DNA of 64,000 bases from Candidatus Omnitrophota bacterium. Its GTDB lineage: Bacteria > Omnitrophota > Gorgyraeia > Gygaellales > Profunditerraquicolaceae. This document shows positions 46,308 to 57,334 of this stretch, in pieces (position 1 is the first letter of the stretch; the number at the start of each line of letters is the position of its first letter). Both the position numbers and the translations under genes were made by a program. The DNA is taken from assembly GCA_028716245.1 (NCBI GenBank), contig JAQUQW010000002.1:72947-136946 (forward strand), written 5' to 3'. The notes beneath the pieces were generated by a model. That model was not told where the DNA came from. It worked only from the letters and a program-made list of their open reading frames with translations, and made no database searches.

Positions 46308-46520
46308 ATGTCCACACTGGCATTAACAATCCTGATGTTTTTAAGCACTGCCGGCCCTTCCGCGGTGATTGCCTTTGTGGGATATTCCGCTGTTAAATCT
46401 ATTGCCCGTAATCCTTCCGCAAGCCCAAAAATATTTATTGTCATGATTTTATCTTTTATTTTTGCCGAAGCAATCGCGATTTTAGCGCTTTTGATTTTAT
46501 ATAACCTGTTCTCTAAATAG
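46308..46520 (+). CDS. atpE: F-type ATPase c subunit (proteolipid)
   Basis: 70 aa with two TM helices, an ARNP loop and a conserved carboxylate in FAEAIAILALL. Confidence 0.8.
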   Translation: MSTLALTILMFLSTAGPSAVIAFVGYSAVKSIARNPSASPKIFIVMILSFIFAEAIAILALLILYNLFSK

Positions 46521-46532
46521 GGCCAATATATA

Positions 46533-47246
46533 ATGCTTATCCAGCTTTTAATTCTCCAGTTCATTACTTTTATTGGAATTATTTTCCTTCTGCGTTTTTT
46601 ATTTGCCCGCCAGCTGAAATCAGCCCTTGAGAGGCTGAATATCCTGCACGAAGAGAATCTATCTAAAGAAGAGGAACTTAAAGAAGAGTTGCGCCGGGCT
46701 AAGGAAGAAAGCCAGGTGCAGATCCAGCAGGGTAAGGATGAAGCGGAACTGATTATTGAAGAGGCAGGCAAGGAGGCCCAGCGTATACGGATGAATATGG
46801 AAGTTCAGGCCAAACAGCAGGCAGAGAAAATTATTGCCGACAGCCACCTAGAAGTTGAAAAGCTTAAAGTAAGCGTAATTAAGGATGTTCAGGCGCAAAG
46901 CGTTGAGCTTGCCTCCCGGATGATTGCCGAACTGCTTACGGAAACCGATAAGATTGCCCTGCAGTATGAGTTTGCCAATGGTGTTATCGAAGAGATCTCC
47001 CGCCTGCCGAAAGAACAGTTTAATGTGCGGGGAAATCAAGTTAAGGTTGTTTCCAGCTTTCTGCTTTTAGACAGGCAAAAAAACGCGATTAAGCGCGTTT
47101 TAGCAGAGAAGATCGGCAAGGAGATAGAATTAAATGAGCAGATAGATCCCAAGCTTATCGGGGGCCTGACCATAGAGCTGGGCGGTATGGTTATCGACGG
47201 AACGCTAAAGAGCAAGCTCCAGAGAATCATTCCTCATCTTAAATAA
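46533..47246 (+). CDS. F-type ATPase b subunit fused to delta (OSCP) subunit
   Basis: N-terminal TM plus a long charged coiled coil (b-like). The C-terminal IDPKLIGGLTIELGGMVIDGTLKSKLQRI matches the conserved delta C-terminus. Confidence 0.7.
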   Translation: MLIQLLILQFITFIGIIFLLRFLFARQLKSALERLNILHEENLSKEEELKEELRRAKEESQVQIQQGKDEAELIIEEAGKEAQRIRMNMEVQAKQQAEKIIADSHLEVEKLKVSVIKDVQAQSVELASRMIAELLTETDKIALQYEFANGVIEEISRLPKEQFNVRGNQVKVVSSFLLLDRQKNAIKRVLAEKIGKEIELNEQIDPKLIGGLTIELGGMVIDGTLKSKLQRIIPHLK

Positions 47247-47250
47247 AAAA

Positions 47251-48708
47251 ATGAAGATTGAAGCCTTAGACATAAAAGAAATCGGAAGGATCGAAGAGCT
47301 TAAGCAGGGGATTGTGAAAATCAGCGGTTTGCCTAATTGCGCCTATGGGGCTGTAATCGAATTCGATAATGGATTAAAAGGAATGATCGTTGAATTTGAC
47401 GCGCAATTTGCCTTTGGGATTGTTTTTGGGGATGAACGCAGGATTAAGGTCGGCGATACGGTTTCCACCCGCGGCCAGCTGCTTAATGTTCCGGTAGGGG
47501 ATAATTTTATCGGCAGAGTGGTTGATCCTTTGGGTAACCCGATAGACGCAAAAGGTAAAATTGAGCCGGCAGCGGTAAATCCGGTCTTCCATCAGGCATC
47601 CGGGGTTATGGAGCGCGAGCCAATAAGCCATCCTTTGCATACTGGGATAAAAATTATCGATATGCTTATCCCGCTGGGCAAAGGCCAGCGGGAATTGATC
47701 GTCGGAGACCGGCAGATCGGCAAAACCAGCATCAGTTTGGATATGATCATCAATCAAAAAGGCAAAAATGTTATCTGCATTTACTGTTGGATCGGAGGAA
47801 GCAGCGCGGCTTTTAATAAGATTATCCAGGTGCTTAACCAACAGGGTTGTATGGACTTTTGCCTTGCTGTCTGCGCCTCGGCAAGCGCCTCGGCAAGCGA
47901 ACAATATATTTGTCCTTATACCGCCGCGGCATTAGGTGAATATTTTATGTATAATGGTAAGGATGTCCTGGTAATTTTTGACGATTTGACTAAGCACAGC
48001 TGGGTTTACCGGCAGATGTCTTTGCTGCTTGAGCGGGCCCCGGGAAGGGAAGCGTATCCGGGAGATATCTTTTTCTTACATTCACAGCTTATGGAGCGCG
48101 CCGGCCGCCTGAAGAAAGAATTCGGAGGCGGGACAATGACATTCTTGCCGTTAGCCGAAACACTGCAAGGTGATATTACCGGTTATATCTGCTCGAATAT
48201 CGTTTCGATGACCGACGGGCAGATTTATTTAAACTCCGGGCTTTTTCAGGAAGGTTTCAAACCGGCGATCGATTTGGAACTTTCAGTTTCGCGTATCGGA
48301 AGCAAGGTGCAATGCCCGGCCATCCGTAAATTAAGTGAAGGCCTGCGTTATGAATACGTGCAATACCGTTCTTTACTGCGTTTGACCCGCCTGCGCACCA
48401 AACTTAGCCCGGAGAGCGCCCAGCAACTGCAGCGGGGCCGGGCCCTTTATGAGCTTTTGATTCAGGAAAACGGTTCTCCTTTATCTCAGGCAGAGGAGAT
48501 CGCTGTTTTTTTTGCCTTTCGCCAGAAGATACTTGAGTCAATCAGTATCGAGCAGGTAAAATTGTTTAAAAATAATTTCTTTGCCTATTTAGGCAAGCAT
48601 CAGCAGAATTTAGTGGGGCAACTGGATAGCAAAGGTGAGCTTACGGAAGAAATTAAACTGCTTTTGGATAAAACGATAAAAGATTTTTTCCGCAGCCAGG
48701 ATAAATAG
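47251..48708 (+). CDS. atpA: F-type ATPase alpha subunit (divergent)
   Basis: Walker A GDRQIGKTS and alpha-like N-terminal beta-barrel and C-terminal helical domains. It contains a 12-nt exact tandem duplication (47875-47898) encoding ASASASAS. The stop TAG overlaps the REPIN I arm. Confidence 0.8.
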   Translation: MKIEALDIKEIGRIEELKQGIVKISGLPNCAYGAVIEFDNGLKGMIVEFDAQFAFGIVFGDERRIKVGDTVSTRGQLLNVPVGDNFIGRVVDPLGNPIDAKGKIEPAAVNPVFHQASGVMEREPISHPLHTGIKIIDMLIPLGKGQRELIVGDRQIGKTSISLDMIINQKGKNVICIYCWIGGSSAAFNKIIQVLNQQGCMDFCLAVCASASASASEQYICPYTAAALGEYFMYNGKDVLVIFDDLTKHSWVYRQMSLLLERAPGREAYPGDIFFLHSQLMERAGRLKKEFGGGTMTFLPLAETLQGDITGYICSNIVSMTDGQIYLNSGLFQEGFKPAIDLELSVSRIGSKVQCPAIRKLSEGLRYEYVQYRSLLRLTRLRTKLSPESAQQLQRGRALYELLIQENGSPLSQAEEIAVFFAFRQKILESISIEQVKLFKNNFFAYLGKHQQNLVGQLDSKGELTEEIKLLLDKTIKDFFRSQDK

Positions 48709-48768
48709 GGACAGCGACCATTTTTTTGGCCGCTACACTTAGAGAAAAATGGTCGCTGTCCCTATTTT
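48703..48768. repeat. REPIN-like element I (family 1) between alpha and gamma subunit genes
   Basis: Arms are at 48703-48727 and 48745-48768. The first arm contains the atpA stop codon. Confidence 0.85.
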
Positions 48769-48780
48769 ATTTATTATTAA

Positions 48781-49623
48781 ATGATACCCGTAGGAAAGTT
48801 AAAATCAAACCTGCAATTTAATAAAAACCTCGGGGATTTAATTGAGGTAATGAAGTTGGCGGCAACCCTGCAGTTTAACCAGTTCCGCCTGAAACAGGAG
48901 CCTTCCGAAGATTCTGTCCGGTTTTTGGAAGAGATCCTTGGCATATTGTTTTCTTCGGGGGTAAAAGATGGCTTGCTGCAGCCGAAGGAGAACCTGCCTT
49001 CGCTTTTGCTTTTGATAAGTTCCGACGAAGGATTTTTAGGCGAACTAAACTTTCTTCTGGTAAATAAGCTGCTTTCTGGCCGAAGGCAGCAGGATAGAAT
49101 CGTCTGCTCAGGCCAGCAGGGGGCCAATTATCTAAGAGAGATCCAGATAGATTTTTCTTTTTTTGATTCACCGGGCGAAAAAATAGAAACTCAGCCATTG
49201 GCCAAGATAAGGGATTATCTCTTACGCCAGTATTTTGACCGTAAGGTCGGCAGGATTTATGTCGTTTATTCGCGTTTCACCAACATTACCCAGCAGCAGG
49301 CAGAGTTTGAAATCCTGCTGCCTTTGCCCCTAACTCCCGGTGCTTCCGGAAAGGGGCTGGCGCATCTTTTGATTGAGCCTGATTCTCGAGAGGTAATCAA
49401 AGGATGGATTAAATGCTGGTTGGATTTTCGCCTTTATCAAATATTCTGGTCAAGCAAGCTGGCGGAGTTTGCCGCCCGGGTTATGCATTTAGAAGGCAGC
49501 GTGCAGGAATTAGGCAAGATCAACAGCCATTTGCGCATGGAGTATTTTAAATACCTGCACGGTTTATCTGATAAATCAGTGCGTGAATTGACTGCGGCCC
49601 GGCTAATCGGGAAAGAAAGATAA
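48781..49623 (+). CDS. atpG: F-type ATPase gamma subunit (divergent)
   Basis: 280 aa. The N-terminal helix GKLKSNLQFNKNLGDLIEVMKLAATLQF and the C-terminal helix are gamma-like. Confidence 0.65.
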   Translation: MIPVGKLKSNLQFNKNLGDLIEVMKLAATLQFNQFRLKQEPSEDSVRFLEEILGILFSSGVKDGLLQPKENLPSLLLLISSDEGFLGELNFLLVNKLLSGRRQQDRIVCSGQQGANYLREIQIDFSFFDSPGEKIETQPLAKIRDYLLRQYFDRKVGRIYVVYSRFTNITQQQAEFEILLPLPLTPGASGKGLAHLLIEPDSREVIKGWIKCWLDFRLYQIFWSSKLAEFAARVMHLEGSVQELGKINSHLRMEYFKYLHGLSDKSVRELTAARLIGKER

Positions 49624-51021
<1,398 letters not shown>

Positions 51022-51023
51022 AT

Positions 51024-52643
51024 ATGTCGACGAATAAATTATTAGGGGAGATGCTGGTAAAAAGAAATTGTATTACCCAGGAGCAGCTTGATCAGGTGCT
51101 TAAGGACTCTGTCTGCCAGGAGGATATGCTTGGGGCTATTCTGGTGAACAAGGGCCTGTTAAAAGAAGAGGATTTGCTCAAAGCGCTTTCTGAACAGTTC
51201 AATTTACCGTTTTTTGCCCGCTTAAAAGACGCCCATATCTCTACGGAGGCGATTAAAGCCGTGCCGGCAAAATTCGTCAAGCACTATGGTTTTATGCCGA
51301 TTAGTTTGGAGGGTGAGGCTTTGACTGTGGCGGTATTTAATCCCATGGATGTTTGGCTGGCGGAAAATATCAAATTGAACCTGGGGTTTAGGGTCAGCCG
51401 GATTTTAACTTCCCGCCGCGAGGTGGAGGCGGCGATACATAAATATTACGGGGCAGTGGCCGGAACCGTCGATAAGATCATGGAAGAGAAGATCGGCCAG
51501 GGCACAAAGTTAGCCAAGGATGAGAGCGTTGAAGATATTGAAAAAAACGCGGGCGAAGCATCGGTGATCGAGCTGGTTAACCAGATAATCAGCGAGGCAA
51601 TCAAGATGCGCGCCACGGATATCCATATTGAGATATACGTGGACAAGGTAGTCTTACGTTACCGTATTGACGGGGTCCTTCGGGAAATGAAGATGCCCCA
51701 GGACGCTTATTATATAGAGCCGGCGATTGTTTCGCGGATTAAAATTATGTGCCATTTGGATGTTGTCGAACACCGCATTCCGCAGGACGGCCGGGCAAAG
51801 GTGCGCTTGCTTGACGGGCAGGAAGTAGATTTAAGGGTTTCGATATTACAGGGGTATTTCGGAGAAAATGTGGTTATCCGGATCCTTCCTTCCCAGGTGT
51901 TGTTAGATTTAGATAAAATTGGGTTTGCCCCCGAAGATTTAAAAACGATCGTGAAGCTTTTGCAAAAACCGCACGGGATTATCTTAATTACCGGGCCTAC
52001 CGGAAGCGGTAAGACCACCACGCTTTATACCTGTTTAAGCCGCCTGAACCGTAAGGAGGTAAAAATTATCAGTATTGAAGACCCGGTTGAATACGCCATT
52101 GAAGGGATAACCCAGATCCATGTTAATCCCAAGGTGGGCTTAACTTTTGCCAGCGCCTTGAGAAGCGTCTTAAGGCATGACCCGGATATTATGATGATCG
52201 GTGAGATTCGTGATTCTGAGACCGCCGACCTGGCAATCCGCTCATCCCTTACCGGGCATTTGGTTTTCTCCACCTTGCATACTAATGATTCTGCCAGTGG
52301 TATTGCCCGGCTTATGGATATGGGTATTGAGCCCTACCTTTTAGCTTCTTCGGTTGAGGTAATTATCGCCCAGCGCCTGGTGCGCCTGCTCTGCCCGTTG
52401 TGTAAAGGCAAGGGGTGCGAATCTTGCAGTGAGACGGGATTTAAAGGGAGAAAGCCGATATATGAAATTATGCTTATCGATAATGAAATCCGCGGGATGA
52501 TTACCGAACATAAGAACGCCCAGGATATTAAGGCCAAAGCCAGGGAAAAAGGCATGCGCACGCTTATGGAGAATGGTATGCTTTTGGTCCAAGAAGGTTT
52601 AACGACTAAGGAAGAGATCATGCGCGTGGTGGAGTTGGAATAA
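51024..52643 (+). CDS. gspE: type II secretion / type IV pilus assembly ATPase GspE/PilB
   Basis: N-terminal T2SSE_N-like domain, Walker A GPTGSGKTT and the tetracysteine motif CPLCKGKGCESC. The ATG at 51024 follows a GGAGAG RBS. The ORF track start at 50997 overlaps atpD. Confidence 0.9.
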   Translation: MSTNKLLGEMLVKRNCITQEQLDQVLKDSVCQEDMLGAILVNKGLLKEEDLLKALSEQFNLPFFARLKDAHISTEAIKAVPAKFVKHYGFMPISLEGEALTVAVFNPMDVWLAENIKLNLGFRVSRILTSRREVEAAIHKYYGAVAGTVDKIMEEKIGQGTKLAKDESVEDIEKNAGEASVIELVNQIISEAIKMRATDIHIEIYVDKVVLRYRIDGVLREMKMPQDAYYIEPAIVSRIKIMCHLDVVEHRIPQDGRAKVRLLDGQEVDLRVSILQGYFGENVVIRILPSQVLLDLDKIGFAPEDLKTIVKLLQKPHGIILITGPTGSGKTTTLYTCLSRLNRKEVKIISIEDPVEYAIEGITQIHVNPKVGLTFASALRSVLRHDPDIMMIGEIRDSETADLAIRSSLTGHLVFSTLHTNDSASGIARLMDMGIEPYLLASSVEVIIAQRLVRLLCPLCKGKGCESCSETGFKGRKPIYEIMLIDNEIRGMITEHKNAQDIKAKAREKGMRTLMENGMLLVQEGLTTKEEIMRVVELE

Positions 52644-52644
52644 A

Positions 52645-53883
52645 ATGATATTTTTATATAAGGCTAAGAAAAACCTTAAGGAGGTTGTCGAGGGCAAAAT
52701 CGACGGGGGCAGTGTCGAGCAGGTGCTTGAAGATCTGCAGGCAAAAGGGCTTGTGCCGATTTCCGTCGAGCCGTTAATCGGCCCGCCTGTTTCCGCAGCG
52801 GCATCCGCAAAAACTTCCCCCAAACCCGAAACAGTTTCCAACCCAATCGGGAAATGGGGTTTAAAAAACCTAGTTTTGTTCACCCAGAAACTTTACAATC
52901 TGGTTAATTCCCGCGTAGAGTTACTTAGCGCCTTAAGGCTTTTAGAAAAGGACTGCCAAAATCAGACCGAAAAATTATTACTTTCCGATATCATAAAGAA
53001 TATTAAAGACGGTGTTTCATTTTCCAATTGCCTTAGCCGCTACCCGCAGTATTTCCCGCAATTTTACGTCAATATTGTCCACACCGGCGAGGCAACCGGC
53101 AAGCTCAAAGATTCCCTGATCCAACTTTTGGACTATCTGCGCCGGTTTGAAGATTTAAGGACCAAGGTAAAACAGGCGCTTGCTTATCCAATATTTATGA
53201 CTTTGGTTGGCGTAGGCACGATATTTGTAATGCTTACTTTTGTCCTGCCGAGGCTGGCCGGGATGTTTGAAGATTTTCAGGCGCAGCTGCCCTTACCCAC
53301 ACTTATTTTACTCAATATCGCGAATTTCCTTAAAGCTTATTGGGTATTTGTAATCGGATTTATTGTTATTCTTGTCTTTGCGTTTAAGGTCAACGGCGCA
53401 GGCAAGGAAAGTGTTTTTAGCCGCCTGAAATATCATATTCCCATTGCCAAAGATATTGTTTATAAACAGTCGGTGGCCAACTTTTCCAGAAGTTTATCCC
53501 TGCTTTTGCAAAGCGGAGTGAACCTGCTTTCCGCCTTGGCCGACGCCGGTCCGATAATCGGCAATCCGGTTTATGTCAGCCAACTTGAACAGGTGCGCCG
53601 TGATATCAGCCAAGGCATGCCTTTTTCAGACTCCTTGGCCAAATTCAAAATCTTCCCGGATTTTTTTGTGCAGATGATCCGCGTCGGCGAAGAAGGCGGC
53701 AGGCTGGACAGCGTACTGGCGGATATCGCCGAGTCTTATGAAAAAGAGATTGAGGCAGATTTAAAGGTCGTCAGTTCCCTTATTGAACCGGCGATAATTT
53801 TGGTCCTGGGCCTGGTGATCGGGGCGATGGTTATTGCCATGCTCCTGCCGATATTTAATATGAACAGCCTTGTCGGTGGCTAA
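52645..53883 (+). CDS. gspF: platform protein GspF/PilC
   Basis: 412 aa. The N-terminal FLYKAKKNLKEVVEGKIDGGSVEQVLEDLQAKGLVPISVEP is the typical GspF/PilC start, followed by two T2SSF domains with three TM segments. It carries a family-2 repeat in frame at 52825-52859. Confidence 0.85.
   Translation: MIFLYKAKKNLKEVVEGKIDGGSVEQVLEDLQAKGLVPISVEPLIGPPVSAAASAKTSPKPETVSNPIGKWGLKNLVLFTQKLYNLVNSRVELLSALRLLEKDCQNQTEKLLLSDIIKNIKDGVSFSNCLSRYPQYFPQFYVNIVHTGEATGKLKDSLIQLLDYLRRFEDLRTKVKQALAYPIFMTLVGVGTIFVMLTFVLPRLAGMFEDFQAQLPLPTLILLNIANFLKAYWVFVIGFIVILVFAFKVNGAGKESVFSRLKYHIPIAKDIVYKQSVANFSRSLSLLLQSGVNLLSALADAGPIIGNPVYVSQLEQVRRDISQGMPFSDSLAKFKIFPDFFVQMIRVGEEGGRLDSVLADIAESYEKEIEADLKVVSSLIEPAIILVLGLVIGAMVIAMLLPIFNMNSLVGG
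52825..52859. repeat. family-2 repeat unit (CGAAACAGTTTCC + CCCAATCGGG + GGAAATGGGG modules) embedded in frame in gspF
   Basis: Translated as PKPETVSNPIGKWG in the linker after the N-terminal cytoplasmic domain. The ORF stays open. Confidence 0.75.
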
Positions 53884-53884
53884 T

Positions 53885-53950
53885 AAATAGGGACAGCGAC
53901 CATTTTTTGTTCGCTATCCCTATTAAAAAAATGGTCGCTGTCCCTATTTA
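53885..53950. repeat. REPIN-like element J (family 1) directly after the gspF stop
   Basis: Arms are at 53885-53908 and 53925-53950. The spacer contains a partial extra arm copy (TCGCTATCCCTATT). Confidence 0.85.
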
Positions 53951-53961
53951 TTAAGATAATT

Positions 53962-55335
53962 ATGAGAACTAAAGTAATCATAGAGCTTGCGGAGTCCTGC
54001 CTTAAGGTTGTTATCGGCCGTAAGGTTGCGGTTGAGCCTCTGGCCAGCACTGAACCGGCGGTTATTTCCAACACTTTAAGCTTGATATTAAAACAAAATA
54101 AATGCGGCAAAAATTTTGATGTTTTCGTGGTGTTTAACCGCAATAAAATAACTGTGCGCCGCCTAGACCTGCCCTCCCAAGACCCCAAGGAACTCGAACA
54201 GATGCTGGGCCTCTGCCTCGTGCGCCAGATCCCCTATCATAAAGAAGAGGTTTGCTGGGCATATCAGAATTTAGGGTTTGACGGCACAAGCAACAGCCAC
54301 CTGATTTTGGCCATTGCCTTAAAAAATGTTTTTAAAAATGTGGTCAACGCTTTTATTCCCATAAATATCCTTCCGGAAGCCATATTAATGAGCTCGCAAG
54401 GTCTCCTGCATTATGTGGCTGAAGCATGCAAAGATAAATCTTTACTGCAGGGTTCATACCTGATCCTGGATATTGACGCAAACTATAGCGACCTGGTGCT
54501 GGTGGATGAGCGTAAGTTAGGCTCAAGCGTGGTGATACCGCAGGGGGCAGTCCAGTTAAAAAACGAGCAGGAAAAAGAAAAATTTGCCATTGAATTGAAG
54601 CAGGCGCTGGTTGCCTTGAATAACGAAATCCCCGATGCCAAATGCGACAGATTATTCTTAACCGGCGCCTCAGCAGCGTATCTTACCCTTATCGAGTCAG
54701 CCCTGGCCAGGGATTTTAATTTGAAGGCGCAGTATATCTCTTCCAAGGAGTACGATAATTTCATCTCCGGAGGCTTAAAGGATATTTCTTTATCCGCGGT
54801 GCTGGGGTTTAGTTCGCAGATAGCCAAAGATGATATTAAATTTGTTGTCCCCGAGCTGCAGGTAAAAAAAGAAATGAAATCCAAGGTGCAGCAACTGATG
54901 ATCCTGGGGGTGGTCCTGGTTTATATCCTGATTTCTTTAGGCGGAATTGCTTTGCTCAGGCTTATTCAGCAGCAGCTTTATTCAGCCAGCCTTAAGGAGA
55001 GGGTCGTTTCTTTAGGTAAAAAAACCAAGGACCTGGAGGATATTACCGAAAAATTAAAAATTGCCAAACAATACGCGGATCCCAAGTCTTCGGTATTATC
55101 TTCCCTGTATTCGCTAAATAGGTTGTGCCCGGAGAGCGTAACCATTACCAATTTTAATTGGGAACTTCAAAAGAGCCTGTCTTTTAGAGGATACGCTCAA
55201 CAGATACCCGATATTTTAACTTTTACCAATACTCTTAGTAATTCCGAATCTTTTAAGGGCGCGCAAAACCGTTACACCCGCAGGCGTAAATTAAAAGATA
55301 AAGATGTGGTTGATTTTGAGGTGGTCGTAAAATGA
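53962..55335 (+). CDS. PilM-PilN fusion (GspL-like inner-membrane assembly protein)
   Basis: 457 aa. The N-terminal ~300 aa is an actin-like PilM/GspL cytoplasmic domain. This is followed by a TM segment (LMILGVVLVYILISLGGIALL) and a PilN-like periplasmic domain. Confidence 0.6.
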   Translation: MRTKVIIELAESCLKVVIGRKVAVEPLASTEPAVISNTLSLILKQNKCGKNFDVFVVFNRNKITVRRLDLPSQDPKELEQMLGLCLVRQIPYHKEEVCWAYQNLGFDGTSNSHLILAIALKNVFKNVVNAFIPINILPEAILMSSQGLLHYVAEACKDKSLLQGSYLILDIDANYSDLVLVDERKLGSSVVIPQGAVQLKNEQEKEKFAIELKQALVALNNEIPDAKCDRLFLTGASAAYLTLIESALARDFNLKAQYISSKEYDNFISGGLKDISLSAVLGFSSQIAKDDIKFVVPELQVKKEMKSKVQQLMILGVVLVYILISLGGIALLRLIQQQLYSASLKERVVSLGKKTKDLEDITEKLKIAKQYADPKSSVLSSLYSLNRLCPESVTITNFNWELQKSLSFRGYAQQIPDILTFTNTLSNSESFKGAQNRYTRRRKLKDKDVVDFEVVVK

Positions 55336-55865
55336 GAAAACTAACCACCAAGGAAAAAATATTATCGCTATGTATCGGTTTATTGTTAGGGTTATTTGCG
55401 GTTAAAAGTTTTGTCCTGGGCCCGATATATGAAAAAACCGCTGTTTTTTCCGCAGAGATCGAACAGTCTAAAATGGCCATCCATAAATACCTGGCCTTGG
55501 AACATAATCGCCCGGGAATTCTTAAGGCGCAGAAACAAATCGAAGGTTATTCCAGCCTTCGGGGCTCTGATGAAGAGAAATCAGCGATGGTGATGAGCAA
55601 AGTTGAGGCTGAGGCCAGGAAATCCAAACTGCAAATATTAGATATGAATGTTATCGGTTCCACCAAGGTAAAAGGCGGAGTAGTGACGCTTTACCGCGTT
55701 TCCTTGCGCGCCGAAGGCCAGCTGAAAAATATTTTGGATTTTATTTCCGGTATTGAAGGGGCCAACATTTTGTTGCAAGTTGAGAAAATCACTTTGTCTG
55801 CCAAGGATGAAACTGGGAGCGTCTTAAAAATAGACACCACTATATTAGGAGTTTCATTTTCATAG
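55332..55865 (+). CDS. PilO/GspM-like inner-membrane protein
   Basis: 177 aa with an N-terminal TM, a coiled-coil region and a periplasmic domain. Its position between the PilMN-like gene and the pseudopilin gene supports the call. Confidence 0.55.
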   Translation: MRKLTTKEKILSLCIGLLLGLFAVKSFVLGPIYEKTAVFSAEIEQSKMAIHKYLALEHNRPGILKAQKQIEGYSSLRGSDEEKSAMVMSKVEAEARKSKLQILDMNVIGSTKVKGGVVTLYRVSLRAEGQLKNILDFISGIEGANILLQVEKITLSAKDETGSVLKIDTTILGVSFS

Positions 55866-55866
55866 A

Positions 55867-55921
55867 CCCCATTTCCCCTTCAGGTCCGAAACAGTTTCGA
55901 TTCTAAAGAGGAAATGGGGCC
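55867..55921. repeat. family-2 repeat: 10-bp stem CCCCATTTCC/GGAAATGGGG enclosing the palindrome CGAAACAGTTTCG
   Basis: Perfect inverted repeat at 55867-55876 and 55912-55921, with the palindromic core at 55888-55900. It lies between the pilO-like and gspG genes. Confidence 0.8.
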
Positions 55922-55943
55922 ATAAAGCTATAAGGAGATTATC

Positions 55944-56369
55944 ATGAAAAAAGTTTTCGCTCCGTTAGGAATAAGACAAGGATTCACTTTGATTGAGTTA
56001 ATACTGGTAGTAATTATTATCGGAATTTTGTCGGCGATGGTCGTGCCGCGGCTTGCCGGCCGCTCCGAGCAGGCGCGCGCGCAGGCGGCAAAAACAGATA
56101 TTAATTCCAGCATCCCTCTTGCCCTGGATCTTTATGAAATGGATATGGGCCATTATCCCGAATCCCTGGATTACCTGAGGACGCGTCCGGCAGGGGACGC
56201 CGATAACTGGCATGGGCCATACTTAAAGAAGAAGCCGGTGGATCCCTGGAATAAGCCTTATCTATATAAAGCCCCGGGCGACCATAATCAGGAGGGCTAT
56301 GATCTTTCTTCTGCCGGCAAGGATGGGCAACCCGGCACAGCAGATGATATTGTAAATTGGAGTGAATAA
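55944..56369 (+). CDS. gspG: major pseudopilin GspG (type II secretion)
   Basis: Prepilin leader with QGFTLIELILV cleavage/methylation motif and the GspG signature DPWNKPYLYKAPGDHNQEGYDLSSAGKDGQPGTADDI. Confidence 0.88.
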   Translation: MKKVFAPLGIRQGFTLIELILVVIIIGILSAMVVPRLAGRSEQARAQAAKTDINSSIPLALDLYEMDMGHYPESLDYLRTRPAGDADNWHGPYLKKKPVDPWNKPYLYKAPGDHNQEGYDLSSAGKDGQPGTADDIVNWSE

Positions 56370-56778
56370 GGTGAATAATTTGAAAGGGTTCGCCCCTTCG
56401 GGGTTCACTTTAGTTGAGGTGATGATTAGCGTGCTGATACTGGGGGTTGGCTTGACCCTGGTAGCCAATTCTTATATCGTTGCCTTAAGGGGAGTAAACT
56501 CTACGGCTAACAATATCGGAGCTTTGCGCCTGGGGCGAGAAAAGTTGGATGAACTTGAGCTCTTAAGTTTAAAAGACGGCTTATCCGCTTCCGTTACCCA
56601 GGATATTTTAAAATCTCCTGCTAAAAGTTATGATTATAAACAGGAAATCATTGAAATAACCCAGCCAAAAGATTTGGCTAAATTCCTTGTACAGGCCTGC
56701 CTGAGCCTTAGTTGGCAGGAACAGAATGCCACAAAAAATGTCACTTTTTCCACATACCTGCCCAGGCAAAAACAATAA
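56362..56778 (+). CDS. minor pseudopilin (GspH/GspI-like)
   Basis: Prepilin-type N-terminus GFTLVEVMISVLILGVGL, 138 aa. Confidence 0.65.
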   Translation: MNKVNNLKGFAPSGFTLVEVMISVLILGVGLTLVANSYIVALRGVNSTANNIGALRLGREKLDELELLSLKDGLSASVTQDILKSPAKSYDYKQEIIEITQPKDLAKFLVQACLSLSWQEQNATKNVTFSTYLPRQKQ

Positions 56779-57334
56779 ACTAAGCGCTTTTACTTTAGTG
56801 GAACTGCTTATTGCGGTTTCTATATTTTCCGTCGTCAGCATCGCGATTTATTCGACTTTTAGTTCAGGAACTTCTGTTTTAGGCCGGGTAAAGAATATTG
56901 ATTTTATCCAACAGAGGATTTTACTTAAAACCGAGAGATTTTCCAGGGAATTAAGAGAGCTTCCCGCCTGTAGAAAACAGCTGTTTTCGGGTACGAAAAC
57001 AAAGATTAGTTTCCCCGGGAATCCAGATTATATCCCCTGCCGCATAACTTATTATTTTGACAGTTCCTCTTTTTGTCTTATGCGCGTAGTAGATAAACTC
57101 AGCCAGATCATTACGCCCGAGGGGAAAGTGGATGCGCAATTTAAATCAAAACCGGCGGTTTTTTTATCCAAGATTAAAGAAGTAAAATTTAGCTATCTTA
57201 ATTTAGATCTGATTAAGAATGAATATAACTGGATAGATGAGTGGAGGCAGGATTATTTGCCTGTTGCTGTTAAATTGACTGTTACCAGCCAAACCCAAGA
57301 ATATGTCTCGACAGTATTTTTACCTAAAGCGTAA
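56726..57334 (+). CDS. minor pseudopilin (GspJ-like)
   Basis: Prepilin-like N-terminus KLSAFTLVELLIAVSIF (Ala rather than Gly at -1), ~200 aa. The likely start is the ATG at 56738. Confidence 0.55.
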   Translation: MPQKMSLFPHTCPGKNNKLSAFTLVELLIAVSIFSVVSIAIYSTFSSGTSVLGRVKNIDFIQQRILLKTERFSRELRELPACRKQLFSGTKTKISFPGNPDYIPCRITYYFDSSSFCLMRVVDKLSQIITPEGKVDAQFKSKPAVFLSKIKEVKFSYLNLDLIKNEYNWIDEWRQDYLPVAVKLTVTSQTQEYVSTVFLPKA

